Assembly: GCA_002726235.1 (NCBI GenBank)
Contig: PBSN01000025.1
Coordinates: 52,608-72,607 of the forward strand
Source of the DNA: Nitrospiraceae bacterium
GTDB lineage: Bacteria; Nitrospirota; Nitrospiria; Nitrospirales; UBA2166
Reading direction: 5' to 3'
Length of the DNA: 20,000 nt
In this document: positions 1-10,083 of the stretch, one piece after another
Numbering within the stretch: the first letter of the stretch is position 1
Layout: every line of letters starts with the position of its first letter
The notes under the pieces: generated by a model
Databases searched by the model: none
The model's input: only the letters and a program-made list of their open reading frames with translations
Told to the model about the DNA's origin: nothing
Program-made: the position numbers and the translations under genes

Positions 1-2
1 AC

Positions 3-200
3 GGAAAACTTTTTGGATCAGTGTCCGGAAAAGATATTACGGATGCCCTTGCCAAACAGGGCATCGAATTGGATAAACGAAAAATTACCATGGAGCATCC
101 GCTCAAGGAATTGGGAAGTTTCGTTCTCCCAGTGAAATTGCCCAATGATGTGATGGCCTCATTAACCGTCAACGTCGTCCCAGAAACGCCTGAGGACTAA
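3..200 (+). CDS. rplI: 50S ribosomal protein L9, C-terminal part (truncated by window start)
   Basis: Manual translation from position 3 gives [78 protein letters not shown]-like and PLKELG are bL9 C-domain motifs. TAA at 198-200. Not in the ORF track. Confidence 0.95.
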   Translation, partial: GKLFGSVSGKDITDALAKQGIELDKRKITMEHPLKELGSFVLPVKLPNDVMASLTVNVVPETPED

Positions 201-210
201 CGGATACATT

Positions 211-1455
211 ATGACCTCTCTTTCCCACGTTGATGCTGATGTCCATCAAGCGATCATACGGGAAATTGATCGTCAACAACATCGCCTTATCCTTATTGCA
301 TCAGAAAACCTCGCCAGCCAAGCCGTGATGGAAGCGCAAGGCTCCCTAATGACGAACAAATATGCTGAGGGATATCCCGGGCGACGATATTACGGGGGAT
401 GTGAGAACGTCGACATCGTTGAACGCTTGGCTATCGAACGTGCGAAGCAACTGTTTGGCGCCGACCACGTGAACGTACAACCGCATTCTGGCTCTTCTGC
501 AAACATGGCCGCCTACCTATCCGTTCTTAAACCAGGTGATCCTATTTTAGGAATGGATCTTCCCAACGGAGGACATCTTACCCACGGGCATCCTGTCAAT
601 TTTTCGGGGATCTTGTTTCAGTCATTCTCGTATGGAGTCGATCGCAACACGCAACTGATTGATTACGATGTGGTGGAACGCATCGCCAAGGAATGTAGAC
701 CAAAGATGATCGTTGTCGGTGCCAGCGCTTACGCGCAAACCCTTGACTTCAAGCGATTTCGTGCCATCGCAACATCAATCGGTGCCTATCTTCTTGCCGA
801 TATCGCACACATTGCAGGCTTAGTCGCCGCCGGGTTACACCCCAGCCCCATTCCCCACGCTGACTTTGTCACAACGACGACACACAAAACCCTACGTGGT
901 CCCCGCGGAGGTATAATCATGTGCCGGCAGGAATTCGCAAAAGCCGTGGACAAAGCCGTTTTCCCGGGATTGCAAGGCGGGCCGCTCATGCACGTGATTG
1001 CTGCAAAAGCAGTTGCACTGAAGGAAGCGCAATCACAGAATTTTCGAGCGTATCAGCAACAGGTGATTACGAACGCAAAAGTGTTAGCCGGAGAACTCCG
1101 GCAAAGAGGCTATACGATCGTCTCCGGTGATACGGACACCCATCTCTTCCTGGTAGACCTGAGCCCAAAGGGCATTTCTGGAAAAGCTGCCGAATTAGCT
1201 TTAGATGCCTCAGGAATCACCGTCAACAAAAACACAATCCCGTATGACCCTCAGCCCCCAGCCATCGCCAGTGGAATTCGCCTTGGAACGCCAATCGTAT
1301 CATCTCAAGGGATGGGTCCATCGGAGATGGCACTGATCGCGGCATTGATCGACCGGGTCATTGGGAACCTCAATGATCCCACGATACATGAAACCGTCAA
1401 ATTAGAAATACAATCACTGTGTGGGAAGTTTCCCAATAAGAGGTTGACCACGTGA
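211..1455 (+). CDS. glyA: Serine hydroxymethyltransferase
   Basis: Motifs [28 protein letters not shown], and the PLP-lysine motif [14 protein letters not shown]. 414 aa. Confidence 0.99.
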   Translation: MTSLSHVDADVHQAIIREIDRQQHRLILIASENLASQAVMEAQGSLMTNKYAEGYPGRRYYGGCENVDIVERLAIERAKQLFGADHVNVQPHSGSSANMAAYLSVLKPGDPILGMDLPNGGHLTHGHPVNFSGILFQSFSYGVDRNTQLIDYDVVERIAKECRPKMIVVGASAYAQTLDFKRFRAIATSIGAYLLADIAHIAGLVAAGLHPSPIPHADFVTTTTHKTLRGPRGGIIMCRQEFAKAVDKAVFPGLQGGPLMHVIAAKAVALKEAQSQNFRAYQQQVITNAKVLAGELRQRGYTIVSGDTDTHLFLVDLSPKGISGKAAELALDASGITVNKNTIPYDPQPPAIASGIRLGTPIVSSQGMGPSEMALIAALIDRVIGNLNDPTIHETVKLEIQSLCGKFPNKRLTT

Positions 1456-1904
1456 AATGCCCATTTTGCCATCACCTTGATGACCGCGTCGTTGACTCAC
1501 GACTCGCCAAGGAAGGAGAAGTTATCCGCCGTCGCCGTGAGTGCCTCAACTGCAAACGAAGAGTCACTACCTACGAACGTTTTGATGACGTTCTCCCCAT
1601 GGTAATCAAAAAAGATGGCCGCCGTGAAGCCTACGATCGCCGAAAAGTTATTTCCGGACTTCGTAAAGCCTGCGAGAAAAGGTCCATCAGCCACGCGACC
1701 ATCGAAGGCGTTGCAGACCGCATTGAGAAAAAACTCCAGGAACAAGGAGAATCCGAGATCCCGAGCCAGCCAATTGGGGAATTGGTTATGATCGAGTTGC
1801 ATCACCTCGACCCCGTTGCCTACGTTAGGTTTGCTTCAGTCTACCGAGAGTTTAAGGATATCCAAGAATTTTCTGAGACCATCAGAAAACTCTCAGTAGA
1901 CTGA
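1452..1904 (+). CDS. nrdR: Transcriptional repressor NrdR
   Basis: MKCPFC...VVDSR...[10 protein letters not shown] zinc ribbon, ATP-cone, and [17 protein letters not shown] overlap with the glyA stop. Confidence 0.98.
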   Translation: MKCPFCHHLDDRVVDSRLAKEGEVIRRRRECLNCKRRVTTYERFDDVLPMVIKKDGRREAYDRRKVISGLRKACEKRSISHATIEGVADRIEKKLQEQGESEIPSQPIGELVMIELHHLDPVAYVRFASVYREFKDIQEFSETIRKLSVD

Positions 1905-1954
1905 GAAACAAGCACTAAGGACGTAACCCTCTCCACTCATCGAACGTTATCTGC

Positions 1955-3106
1955 ATGACGCCACAACACGTTCAATCTAAAAAACCAGAGCCCCTCACTA
2001 ATGTGGCCATTATCGGCTGTGGCAACGGCGGCAAGGCCCTGATGGAGATGTTTGCCGGCGATGCACTGGTTCGCATCGTAGGGATAGCCGAAATAAGCCC
2101 AACCGCTATGGGCGTACCTCTCGCAAAAAAATTAGGGATTCCGATACGAAAAAACTTCCGCACGATTCTCAATTCCAGCGACATCGACTTAGTGATCGAT
2201 GTGTCCGGCAACCCCACCGTCGAAGCTGCATTACTCAACGTCAACCGGCCAGACATGGCTATCATCGGGGGACCGAACGCGAAGTATATGTGGCAACTGA
2301 TCGATGCCAGAATCCGTGCGAAGCAAGAAACTGAGCAACAACTGAATAAATACCAGCATCTTGCACGTCTCTATGTAAAAGAGGCAGCTTCTGCCGTCTC
2401 TGAGGAACGTACCCGTATTGCCTGCGACATCCACGACGGCCTGATCCAAACCTTGGTCGGATTGAATTATAAACTTGACTTGTGCCAAGCTCTTGCAGAA
2501 CAAGATAGCGCACAATGCCTTGAGGTGCTCACTGAAATCAAAACTCAACTCAGGAGTAGCATTGAGGAGGCTCGCTATGTAATTTTCAACCTGAGACCGT
2601 TGCTCTCAAGTCAACTCGACATGATCCCAGCAGTCAAAAACTACCTAAAGTCATTTGAGGCGCAGGCGCGCATTAAGACTGTCTTTTGGTCTGAGGGCCA
2701 TGAACGGGCACTCGGCTCCAAAACGAAAATCTTTCTATTCCGCATCATTCAAGAGTCCCTAAGCAACGTACGCAAACATGCAAAGGCAACCCAAGTCAAA
2801 GTGAGCGTTGACATACAGAATCATCGCGTCCTCACCACCATTGAGGACAATGGAATCGGATTCGACGCTGAGATGGCATTTCAAAATGCCTTCACTTGGG
2901 ATTCATTTGGTTTGAGGGCCATTATCGAGCGGGCACGAATCATCGGCGGCGATGCAACCATCGAATCTCAGCACGGAAATGGAACACGAATTACTGTTGA
3001 GAGCCCGATCAGCAGACCACGATCGAAAACCTCAACGCGCAGTTCCCTCCCGATGGTCTCCTCAGTAAAACGCGTGTCAAGAATAAAGAAGAAACACCGT
3101 GGATAG
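1955..3106 (+). CDS. Soluble sensor histidine kinase (HisKA_3 + HATPase_c, DegS/NarX type) with N-terminal Rossmann-like NAD-binding domain
   Basis: N-terminus NVAIIGCGNGG...IVGIAE...DIDLVIDVSGNP (GxGxxG). H-box EERTRIACDIHDG, N-box RIIQESLSNVRKHAKA, G1 DNGIGFD, G2 FGL...ERA...GG...GNGT. No transmembrane segment visible. Confidence 0.9.
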   Translation: MTPQHVQSKKPEPLTNVAIIGCGNGGKALMEMFAGDALVRIVGIAEISPTAMGVPLAKKLGIPIRKNFRTILNSSDIDLVIDVSGNPTVEAALLNVNRPDMAIIGGPNAKYMWQLIDARIRAKQETEQQLNKYQHLARLYVKEAASAVSEERTRIACDIHDGLIQTLVGLNYKLDLCQALAEQDSAQCLEVLTEIKTQLRSSIEEARYVIFNLRPLLSSQLDMIPAVKNYLKSFEAQARIKTVFWSEGHERALGSKTKIFLFRIIQESLSNVRKHAKATQVKVSVDIQNHRVLTTIEDNGIGFDAEMAFQNAFTWDSFGLRAIIERARIIGGDATIESQHGNGTRITVESPISRPRSKTSTRSSLPMVSSVKRVSRIKKKHRG

Positions 3107-3800
3107 CCAGGACATCATTAAAGTCCTCATCGTTGACGATCACCACGTCGTTCGAGAAGGCATTTCTTCAATCCTGAACATCGTGGATGGTATCGAGGTA
3201 TCCGGGGAAGCGAAAGATGGGCGAGAGGCGATTGAACAAGCCAGAGCACTGCTTCCCGACGTCATACTGATTGATATCAGCATGCCTCAGATGGACGGAG
3301 TGATAGCCACACGCGCAATAAAGAGCGAGCACCCTCATATAAGCATCATCGCGCTCACCATGTACGAAGAAGAACAGTACATTTATGACATGATCCGTGC
3401 CGGCGCAACAGGATACCTCCTGAAAGACACCGATTCATCTGACCTCATCAAAGCTATCCGAGCGGTCTATCGCGGAGACTCCATGATCAATCCATCGGTC
3501 GCGAGCAAGATATTGTCCGAGTTCTCTCAATTGTCAGAAGAAAAAGGGAAACGGACTCGCGTCGACCACGCCCTCACCGAGCGTGAACTCTCGGTCATCC
3601 GGCTCCTCGCTGAAGGAAAAACAAACAAAGAAATTGCCAATGCCTTAGACCTCAGTGAGAAAACGGTTAAGAATCACGTACGTAATATCTTTCACAAGCT
3701 TCACGCCTACGATCGCACGCACGCCGCCATGCTGGCCCTTCGAAAAGGCTTAATTGATCTAGACGAACTCGACGTTACGCCATATGACGCTGAATCATAG
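3099..3800 (+). CDS. NarL/DegU-family response regulator (REC + LuxR HTH)
   Basis: VLIVDDH, phosphoacceptor in DVILIDISMPQMDG, GYLLKD, and LTERE...GKTNKEIANALDLSEKTVKNHVRNIFHKL. GTG start overlaps the kinase 3' end by 8 nt. Confidence 0.95.
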   Translation: MDSQDIIKVLIVDDHHVVREGISSILNIVDGIEVSGEAKDGREAIEQARALLPDVILIDISMPQMDGVIATRAIKSEHPHISIIALTMYEEEQYIYDMIRAGATGYLLKDTDSSDLIKAIRAVYRGDSMINPSVASKILSEFSQLSEEKGKRTRVDHALTERELSVIRLLAEGKTNKEIANALDLSEKTVKNHVRNIFHKLHAYDRTHAAMLALRKGLIDLDELDVTPYDAES

Positions 3801-3899
3801 GATCGTGTTCCAAGCGCCTTTTCCCACAATTGTCATTTCGAACTCAACCCTTAGCCATTCAGGAAACAACTATTGAGATTTCTGATCGCATGTTTGCGT

Positions 3900-5765
3900 T
3901 TACGGAAGTTCCTCGAGAACTTCTCTCTGCATAATCTGAATTGCCTGAGTAGCTACAGCTGCAAGGTCAGGGTGGGTTGCCGAGAGGAATCGAATTTGCG
4001 AAAGATACTCGATGTTCCGGGCTAATAGACGATAAATATCGCCTTCTGCCATGCTCGTCATTCTACAGAGATCAGCCCACGTCATCGTGGGATCCCCAAT
4101 CCAACGCTCCGGAAGAGCCGCAACATCAGCGCGAAGAAGAGGGAGCTCTTCATAGGCCTCAAGTGAGTGTGCCAATCGCCTCACGTGGATAAAGCGTTCT
4201 GCGAGTTCTTGCCTGATCCTTGGAAATACCGCAGGGCGATCATCATCGAAGGCAATGCTTGCCATAACTCCAGCGAGTATCGGAGGATCCATGCTTTTGA
4301 GCACTTCCGTTCGAATGAGTTCTGTCACCAGCAGTGAAGGGTTAATGCGAATATATCTTGCCCATTCACCGGCATCCGTAAGCTCATAGGTACTGGTCAG
4401 ATACCCGAGATGTTGGAGGACATTCATGCGCTTTTGAAACGTTCTCCACAGACCCGTCTGAAGTTGCTGAATGGAGTTGACGTGGTGATGAAGTTGCGTA
4501 CGATCAGCATATGCGGTCGTGAATTCTACCCCACATGGTTTTTGCGAGGGACACATCGGACAAGGAAAATGCTCACCTAGAGTATGAAACATGTCTGGCG
4601 TCAGCGTTTCCATCAGGTACGGGTTGATATCTAGCGTGATAGCTGGAATTTGCGGTGCAAGAGGTTGAAGCTTCTTTGGAAGCGCTTGTGACTGGGCAGG
4701 TGCGGCTCCCTTCTCGTACTTTCCTGTGGGGATAGGTACGGTCGCATTGATAATTTTTTTGATCGCTCTTACAGGATACTGGGCAATGGTTCCGTCAAAT
4801 CGCATCGCCGTGATCATGGGGGTGTTGTTTCCCCGGGTATAGTACAGGCGCAATACCACGACTCGCCGTTTAGACATCGAGACAACTTGTCCGGGAGTTA
4901 AATAAGGAATTCGCGCGGCAATTTCAGGCGAAGAAGCCCCATGAGGACGAAGTCGCTTGGTGGTGTCAAAGACAGCCTGTTGAAAACTGTGCCACTGATG
5001 GATCCAATCTACACACGGTCTTGGAGCATAGCTGGAGAGAGAATTTTCCAGTGCATCAATTTTTGTCTGCAGGGCTTCGGCTTTGGCATTGAGCTGAAAT
5101 TGCGCGAAGCTTTTATCAAGAATAGTCTGGATGTGGTCTTGAGGGTAGGCTTTGAGAAGATTGAGGACCATGGAATATGAAATTTCGAATTGACTGCGCA
5201 GTGGCTCAGGACAACCAGTCAGTTTCTCCGCCAATCCGACAAGATCGATATACGGAGAAGGAGTTATGATGGCAAACCCAACCTTGTCCTTGCTGCGTCT
5301 CCCAGCGCGGCCTGCGATTTGTTGAACTTCCCCAACCGTAAGGTCGACAAATCCATGACTTTTTCGAATATTGGATTGCGTAATGATGACTGTCCGCGCG
5401 GGGAAGTCGACACCAGCCGCCAACGTGGTTGTTGCAAAAACCGCATCAAGTGCCCCTTTGCGCATCAGTTCTTCGATCACGATTTTCCATGATGGGAGAT
5501 GCCCCGCATGATGAGCGGCCACGCCACACTGAATTACACACTCACGGAACGGATGATTCTGAATGCTAGGATATGTCAGTGTCCACTGATCAATGAGTCT
5601 GGCAATTGCTTCCTGTCGTTTCGGCGAAATGGTTTGAGGACCATGAGTAAACGCCTTCACCGCATTGTCGCAGGAGCGACGTGATGTCAAAAACACAATC
5701 GCGGGAGTCAACTGCTTGGACTTCAGAGTCCGAATCAAATCAATGGGATGAATCGATGGGGGCAT
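3900..5765 (-). CDS. Ski2/HelY-like SF2 RNA helicase, C-terminal portion only (RecA2, WH, arch/insert, DSHCT); lacks motifs I-III
   Basis: Motif IV PAIVFLTSRRSCD, HHAGHLP, motif V FATTTLAAGVDFPARTV, motif VI QIAGRAGRR, and DSHCT-like EGDIYR. No GxGKT or DExH. An in-frame TGA lies 11 codons upstream of the ATG. Confidence 0.85.
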   Translation of the reverse strand: MPPSIHPIDLIRTLKSKQLTPAIVFLTSRRSCDNAVKAFTHGPQTISPKRQEAIARLIDQWTLTYPSIQNHPFRECVIQCGVAAHHAGHLPSWKIVIEELMRKGALDAVFATTTLAAGVDFPARTVIITQSNIRKSHGFVDLTVGEVQQIAGRAGRRSKDKVGFAIITPSPYIDLVGLAEKLTGCPEPLRSQFEISYSMVLNLLKAYPQDHIQTILDKSFAQFQLNAKAEALQTKIDALENSLSSYAPRPCVDWIHQWHSFQQAVFDTTKRLRPHGASSPEIAARIPYLTPGQVVSMSKRRVVVLRLYYTRGNNTPMITAMRFDGTIAQYPVRAIKKIINATVPIPTGKYEKGAAPAQSQALPKKLQPLAPQIPAITLDINPYLMETLTPDMFHTLGEHFPCPMCPSQKPCGVEFTTAYADRTQLHHHVNSIQQLQTGLWRTFQKRMNVLQHLGYLTSTYELTDAGEWARYIRINPSLLVTELIRTEVLKSMDPPILAGVMASIAFDDDRPAVFPRIRQELAERFIHVRRLAHSLEAYEELPLLRADVAALPERWIGDPTMTWADLCRMTSMAEGDIYRLLARNIEYLSQIRFLSATHPDLAAVATQAIQIMQREVLEELP

Positions 5766-5883
5766 ACAGTTCGATGGCGAAATTTCGTATGGATTTCACT
5801 GTATCCAAGCACACACAGCTTACCACAGGGAAAAGATTTGGTGAACGCAGCATTGCTTCACCTGAATGCGTTCTATAAAACAG

Positions 5884-5912
5884 TTGACTCACGGATTGCA
5901 AATCTCTATTCT
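5884..5912 (+). promoter_or_regulatory. Putative sigma70 promoter
   Basis: TTGACT (5884-5889), 17-nt spacer, TATTCT (5907-5912). The spacer contains the inverted repeat GATT-GCA-AATC. Confidence 0.5.
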
Positions 5913-6063
5913 CAAAGCATGCTCATTTATTGATGATCCTAGGGGCAAAATACATTAGTCGCTCGAGGGTCAGCGATTCCTAGGTATCGCCATTCCAAGA
6001 CTTCACCCTCCCCTACAAATTGAACAGGTGCAAGAGACACAGTAGCAAGATGCACAAAGGCGG

Positions 6064-6086
6064 AAAAGGGCGAAGTCGCTTTTTTT
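6064..6086 (+). terminator. Possible intrinsic terminator (weak stem)
   Basis: AAAAGGGCG-AAGT-CGC followed by T7. Confidence 0.35.
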
Positions 6087-6288
6087 ATGAGCAAAGACGT
6101 TAGATCGTATTGCTATCACTGCTTCAGATATTCATACCGCATTAGGTAAAAATGCTGTCAAAACTCTAATCCGTGATCATCTGAGCAACTTAGTTCGATA
6201 ATTCCCGCTACCGTTTTTGACTTTTTTCGACAAATGTTTAGTCCAGCGTTACCACCTCTGTTCTCTCCTGCACATAGAGACATCTCTG

Positions 6289-8328
6289 ATGCGACATGAG
6301 CATACCAATCGACTGATTGACGAAACGAGTCCATACCTCCTGCAACACGCGCACAATCCCGTTGATTGGTACCCATGGGGAGAAGAAGCGCTTGCCCGTG
6401 CAAAAGTGGAAAACAAACCAATTCTTCTCTCGATTGGCTATTCCGCATGCCACTGGTGTCATGTCATGGAGCGAGAATCATTTGAAAACATCGAAACCGC
6501 CACGCTCATGAATGCCAACTTCATCAATATCAAGGTCGATCGTGAAGAACGTCCAGATCTCGACGATATCTACCAGAAAGCAGTCCAAGCATTCATCGGG
6601 AGAGGAGGGGGATGGCCTCTGACAACATTTTTGACTCCAGATCAAGAACCGTTCTACGGTGGAACCTATTTCCCGCCAACACCCCGATACAAAATGCCTG
6701 CGTTTCCAGACCTTCTTGCAGGCATTGCTGAGGCCTATCGCGACAAACAAGCTGATGTGCGACAGAACGTTCGGCAAGTAACGGCCGGGCTACGTCGTAT
6801 AGGAACACCGCGACCCTCCGAAGGGCCTCTCGATACTGCTCTCATTGATGATGCGGTCAAGGGTTTCACGTCGTTTTACGAACCAGTCGATGGAGGATTC
6901 GGCACAGGGCCAAAGTTTCCAACAGCTCAACCCTTTCAACTGCTACTTCGACACCACCATCGCACCAAAACGGAAACATCGCTTGAGATGACGATCCATT
7001 CACTCCGAAAGATTGCGGCCGGTGGGGTCTATGATCACCTCGGAGGAGGCTTCCATCGCTACTCTGTCGATAGCAAGTGGCTGGTGCCACATTTTGAAAA
7101 GATGCTGTACGACAACGCCCAGCTTATCCGGCTCTACCTTGATGGATGGCGCCTAACACAGGCCGTTCGATTCCGCCAGGTCGTTGAAGAAACAATCGAA
7201 TATGTACGTCGTGAAATGATCTCGCCGGAGGGCGGCTTTTATACCGCGCAGGACGCGGACAGCGAAGGGGTCGAAGGAAAATACTTCGTATGGACACCGG
7301 AAGAAATCAATGCAATTCTTGGCCCTGAACTCGGCGCAGAAATGTGTCGCATCTACAATGTGACTGAGAGCGGGAATTTTGAAGGCTCCGCTATTCTCAA
7401 CCGCATTGCAAGTTCGGATTTTGACGAGAACGAAATGGGCAGGATTGAGGCGTTGCTTGCTCCTGCGAGAACACAATTACGTGAAGCGCGTGAGCCAAGA
7501 AGCAAGCCACAACGCGATGAAAAAATCATCACCGGATGGAACGGTCTGATGATTTCTGGAATGCTGGATGCATATCAGACATTGGACAATCAATCCTACC
7601 TCACGATGGCTGAGAACGCGCTCAATTTCTTGCTGGCTGAGGCCTATAAGAATGGCCACTTGTATAGGACGGTCACCAAGGGTCAAGGCAAACTGAACGG
7701 CTACCTTGACGACTATGCGTTCTTGACTGCGGCATTGCTCGATGCGCATGAGTCCACCTTCAACAACACCTATTTAGAGGTTGCTCGAGAACTCACCTCA
7801 GTGATGGTTGAACAATTTTGGGATCCCCAAGTTGGCGGATGCTTCTTTACCGCCAACAACCACGAGACGTTGATTCAACGCATGAAATCCGGAAGCGACG
7901 GGCCGATTCCATCAGGGAACGCCATCGCGGCAATGAATTTCCTTCGCCTCTTTTCGCTGACCGGTGAACAGGCTTATCATGATCGAGCCGAAAAAACGTT
8001 CACTCTTTTTCGCACTGAGATGACCGACAACGGATATGGGAGTGCCGCGATGCTCAATGCGCTGGACTTTTACCTCGAGAAACCCAAAGAAATTGTGCTC
8101 TTCGGGGATCGCATATCCCAAGAAATGAAAGCCCTCCTAACGAGAATTCACGCCACATATGTTCCAAATAAAGTCTTGATTCTCGTAGATGATAAAAATT
8201 CCAACACCCTGCCTCCGATCGCCCAGGGGAAAACTACGCTGGATGGAAAACCTACGGTATACGTTTGCCATAACTTTTCCTGCTCTAGGCCAGTAACGTC
8301 ATGGGCCAACTTGGAACCGCTTCTCTAA
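6289..8328 (+). CDS. Thioredoxin-domain protein, YyaL/DUF255 (SPATA20/SSP411) family
   Basis: [75 protein letters not shown]. Start moved from the ORF-track 6217 to ATG 6289 to match the usual family N-terminus. Confidence 0.93.
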   Translation: MRHEHTNRLIDETSPYLLQHAHNPVDWYPWGEEALARAKVENKPILLSIGYSACHWCHVMERESFENIETATLMNANFINIKVDREERPDLDDIYQKAVQAFIGRGGGWPLTTFLTPDQEPFYGGTYFPPTPRYKMPAFPDLLAGIAEAYRDKQADVRQNVRQVTAGLRRIGTPRPSEGPLDTALIDDAVKGFTSFYEPVDGGFGTGPKFPTAQPFQLLLRHHHRTKTETSLEMTIHSLRKIAAGGVYDHLGGGFHRYSVDSKWLVPHFEKMLYDNAQLIRLYLDGWRLTQAVRFRQVVEETIEYVRREMISPEGGFYTAQDADSEGVEGKYFVWTPEEINAILGPELGAEMCRIYNVTESGNFEGSAILNRIASSDFDENEMGRIEALLAPARTQLREAREPRSKPQRDEKIITGWNGLMISGMLDAYQTLDNQSYLTMAENALNFLLAEAYKNGHLYRTVTKGQGKLNGYLDDYAFLTAALLDAHESTFNNTYLEVARELTSVMVEQFWDPQVGGCFFTANNHETLIQRMKSGSDGPIPSGNAIAAMNFLRLFSLTGEQAYHDRAEKTFTLFRTEMTDNGYGSAAMLNALDFYLEKPKEIVLFGDRISQEMKALLTRIHATYVPNKVLILVDDKNSNTLPPIAQGKTTLDGKPTVYVCHNFSCSRPVTSWANLEPLL

Positions 8329-8416
8329 TGCCCCCACCCCTAAGACCTAATAGGTAGGAAAATCACGCCGGGAACATTGGATTTGGGAAAGTCAACCGCA
8401 GGAGTTCCTTTCCGAG

Positions 8417-8445
8417 TTGAATTCACCACAGGCGGGTGCTATCCT
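8417..8445 (+). promoter_or_regulatory. Putative sigma70 promoter for purHDE
   Basis: TTGAAT (8417-8422), 17-nt spacer, extended -10 TGc-TATCCT (8440-8445), ending 35 nt before the purH ATG. Confidence 0.55.
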
Positions 8446-8480
8446 CTGCCCTCTGTCATTTGGTTTGTCACGGAAATGAT

Positions 8481-10064
8481 ATGGAAAAACTTGAAAAAGC
8501 ACTGATCAGTGTTTCTGATAAGGCTGGGATCGTCGATCTCGCTCAGGGTTTACACAACCTTGGCGTCGAAATCTACTCCACAGGAGGAACTGCCCAGACG
8601 CTACGGTCTGCGGGAATTCCTGTGACTGATGTTGCGTCCTATACCGAATCACCTGAGATTCTCGATGGACGTGTGAAGACGCTACATCCCAGAGTTCATG
8701 GAGGAATTTTAGGTAAAGCCAACAATCTCAAACATCTCGGCGAAATGAAACAGCATAAAATTAGTCAAATTGGACTTGTCGTGGTGAACCTCTATCCGTT
8801 TGAGAAGGCCATAGCACGACCGGAATGTTCTATCGATGAAGCCATCGAAAATATCGATATTGGTGGTGTCGCGTTGCTACGATCTGCCGGGAAAAACCAC
8901 GCATTCGTCACCGTACTTGTCGATCCAGATGATTATCGTGCTGTGATGGAAGAACTGCAGAACGATGGGAAGCAGGTATCCACAGAGACACGTCGCCGTT
9001 TAGCTATCAAGGCGTTTCAGCACACCGCGCACTACGATAGTGTGATCACAAATTATCTCGATCGTGATACGTCCACCAAGGAAAATAATTTTCCGACATT
9101 CCTTCCAGTCCGCTTTGAGAAACTCAATACCCTGCGGTATGGCGAAAATATGCATCAACAGGGAGCGTTTTACCGTGAGATGGGTGCTGCAGGTCCCTCG
9201 ATCGCAACCGCAACGCAACATCATGGAAAAGCCATGTCATTTAACAACGTGTTGGATGCTAACGCCGCCATGGAGCTGGCACTTGAGTTTGCTGAACCGG
9301 CAGCGGCGATCATCAAACATGTGAACCCGTGTGGTGTAGCAGTCAACGGGCGTCTGGTGGATGCTTTCATCAGTGCACGCGACACCGATCCCCTCTCTGC
9401 ATTTGGTGGTGTCATCGGACTCAATCGGTCCGTGGATCTAGAAACCGCCAAGGAAATAACCAGTAACTTTGTTGAAGTAATTGTTGCCCCAGGATTTCAT
9501 GATGACGCGCTAGCTCACTTGAAACAGAAACGTGATCTGCGCGTGTTGGACCTTGGCCTTGAGACAAGTACGACAACGGCGTCAATTCAAGGGTGGTCCC
9601 TTGGAGTAGATGTGAAACGAGTAAAGGGAGGCCTCCTGATTCAGGAATTTGATCCGGCAGTAGATGAAGATTTGAAACACCTCAAAATCGTGAGTCAACG
9701 TACACCCACCGATGACGAATTGTCTGCCCTTCGATTTGCTTGGAGGGTCACCAAGCATGTCCGCTCGAATGCTATCGTTTATGCAAAAGGCACCAAAACG
9801 ATTGGCATTGGAGCTGGGCAAATGAGCCGGGTGGATTCGGTCCAGCTTGCAGGAAAAAAAGCATTACGGTCACTCAAAGGCACTGTGATGGCATCCGATG
9901 CATTTTTTCCGTTCCGTGACGGCATTGACGAAGCGGCAAAGGGTGGCATCACTGCAGTGATTCAACCGGGTGGATCACTGCGTGATGATGAGGTAATTCA
10001 GTCCGTGAATGAACATGATATGGCCATGGTTCTCACCGGTGTCCGGCATTTCCGCCATGCCTAG
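8481..10064 (+). CDS. purH: Bifunctional AICAR transformylase / IMP cyclohydrolase
   Basis: ALISVSDK, STGGT, GRVKTLHP, ENIDIGG, LRYGEN, KHVNPCG, GAGQMSRVDS, ASDAFFPFRD, TGVRHFRH. Start set at ATG 8481 (MEKLEKALIS). Confidence 0.98.
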   Translation: MEKLEKALISVSDKAGIVDLAQGLHNLGVEIYSTGGTAQTLRSAGIPVTDVASYTESPEILDGRVKTLHPRVHGGILGKANNLKHLGEMKQHKISQIGLVVVNLYPFEKAIARPECSIDEAIENIDIGGVALLRSAGKNHAFVTVLVDPDDYRAVMEELQNDGKQVSTETRRRLAIKAFQHTAHYDSVITNYLDRDTSTKENNFPTFLPVRFEKLNTLRYGENMHQQGAFYREMGAAGPSIATATQHHGKAMSFNNVLDANAAMELALEFAEPAAAIIKHVNPCGVAVNGRLVDAFISARDTDPLSAFGGVIGLNRSVDLETAKEITSNFVEVIVAPGFHDDALAHLKQKRDLRVLDLGLETSTTTASIQGWSLGVDVKRVKGGLLIQEFDPAVDEDLKHLKIVSQRTPTDDELSALRFAWRVTKHVRSNAIVYAKGTKTIGIGAGQMSRVDSVQLAGKKALRSLKGTVMASDAFFPFRDGIDEAAKGGITAVIQPGGSLRDDEVIQSVNEHDMAMVLTGVRHFRHA

Positions 10065-10083
10065 ACACCTCTAAGTTACGTCC

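Noticed and set aside
5841..5873. Alternative hairpins upstream of the helicase (GAACGCA/TGCGTTC versus GTGAA/TTCAC)
   Set aside because: The stems are short, could arise by chance, and are not linked to an RBS or terminator.
5935..5990. c-di-GMP-I riboswitch, suggested by GGGCAAA
   Set aside because: No GNRA-capped P2 or downstream GACGCAAA/receptor elements.
5766..6288. Frameshifted N-terminal half of the helicase
   Set aside because: The region is too short. A SEIH in another frame resembles DEIH but has no supporting context, and no GxGKT was seen.
8329..8480. ZTP (pfl) riboswitch upstream of purH
   Set aside because: The conserved GACTGGCG and CGCCTGGGCA elements are absent, and the predicted promoter leaves only a ~30-nt leader.
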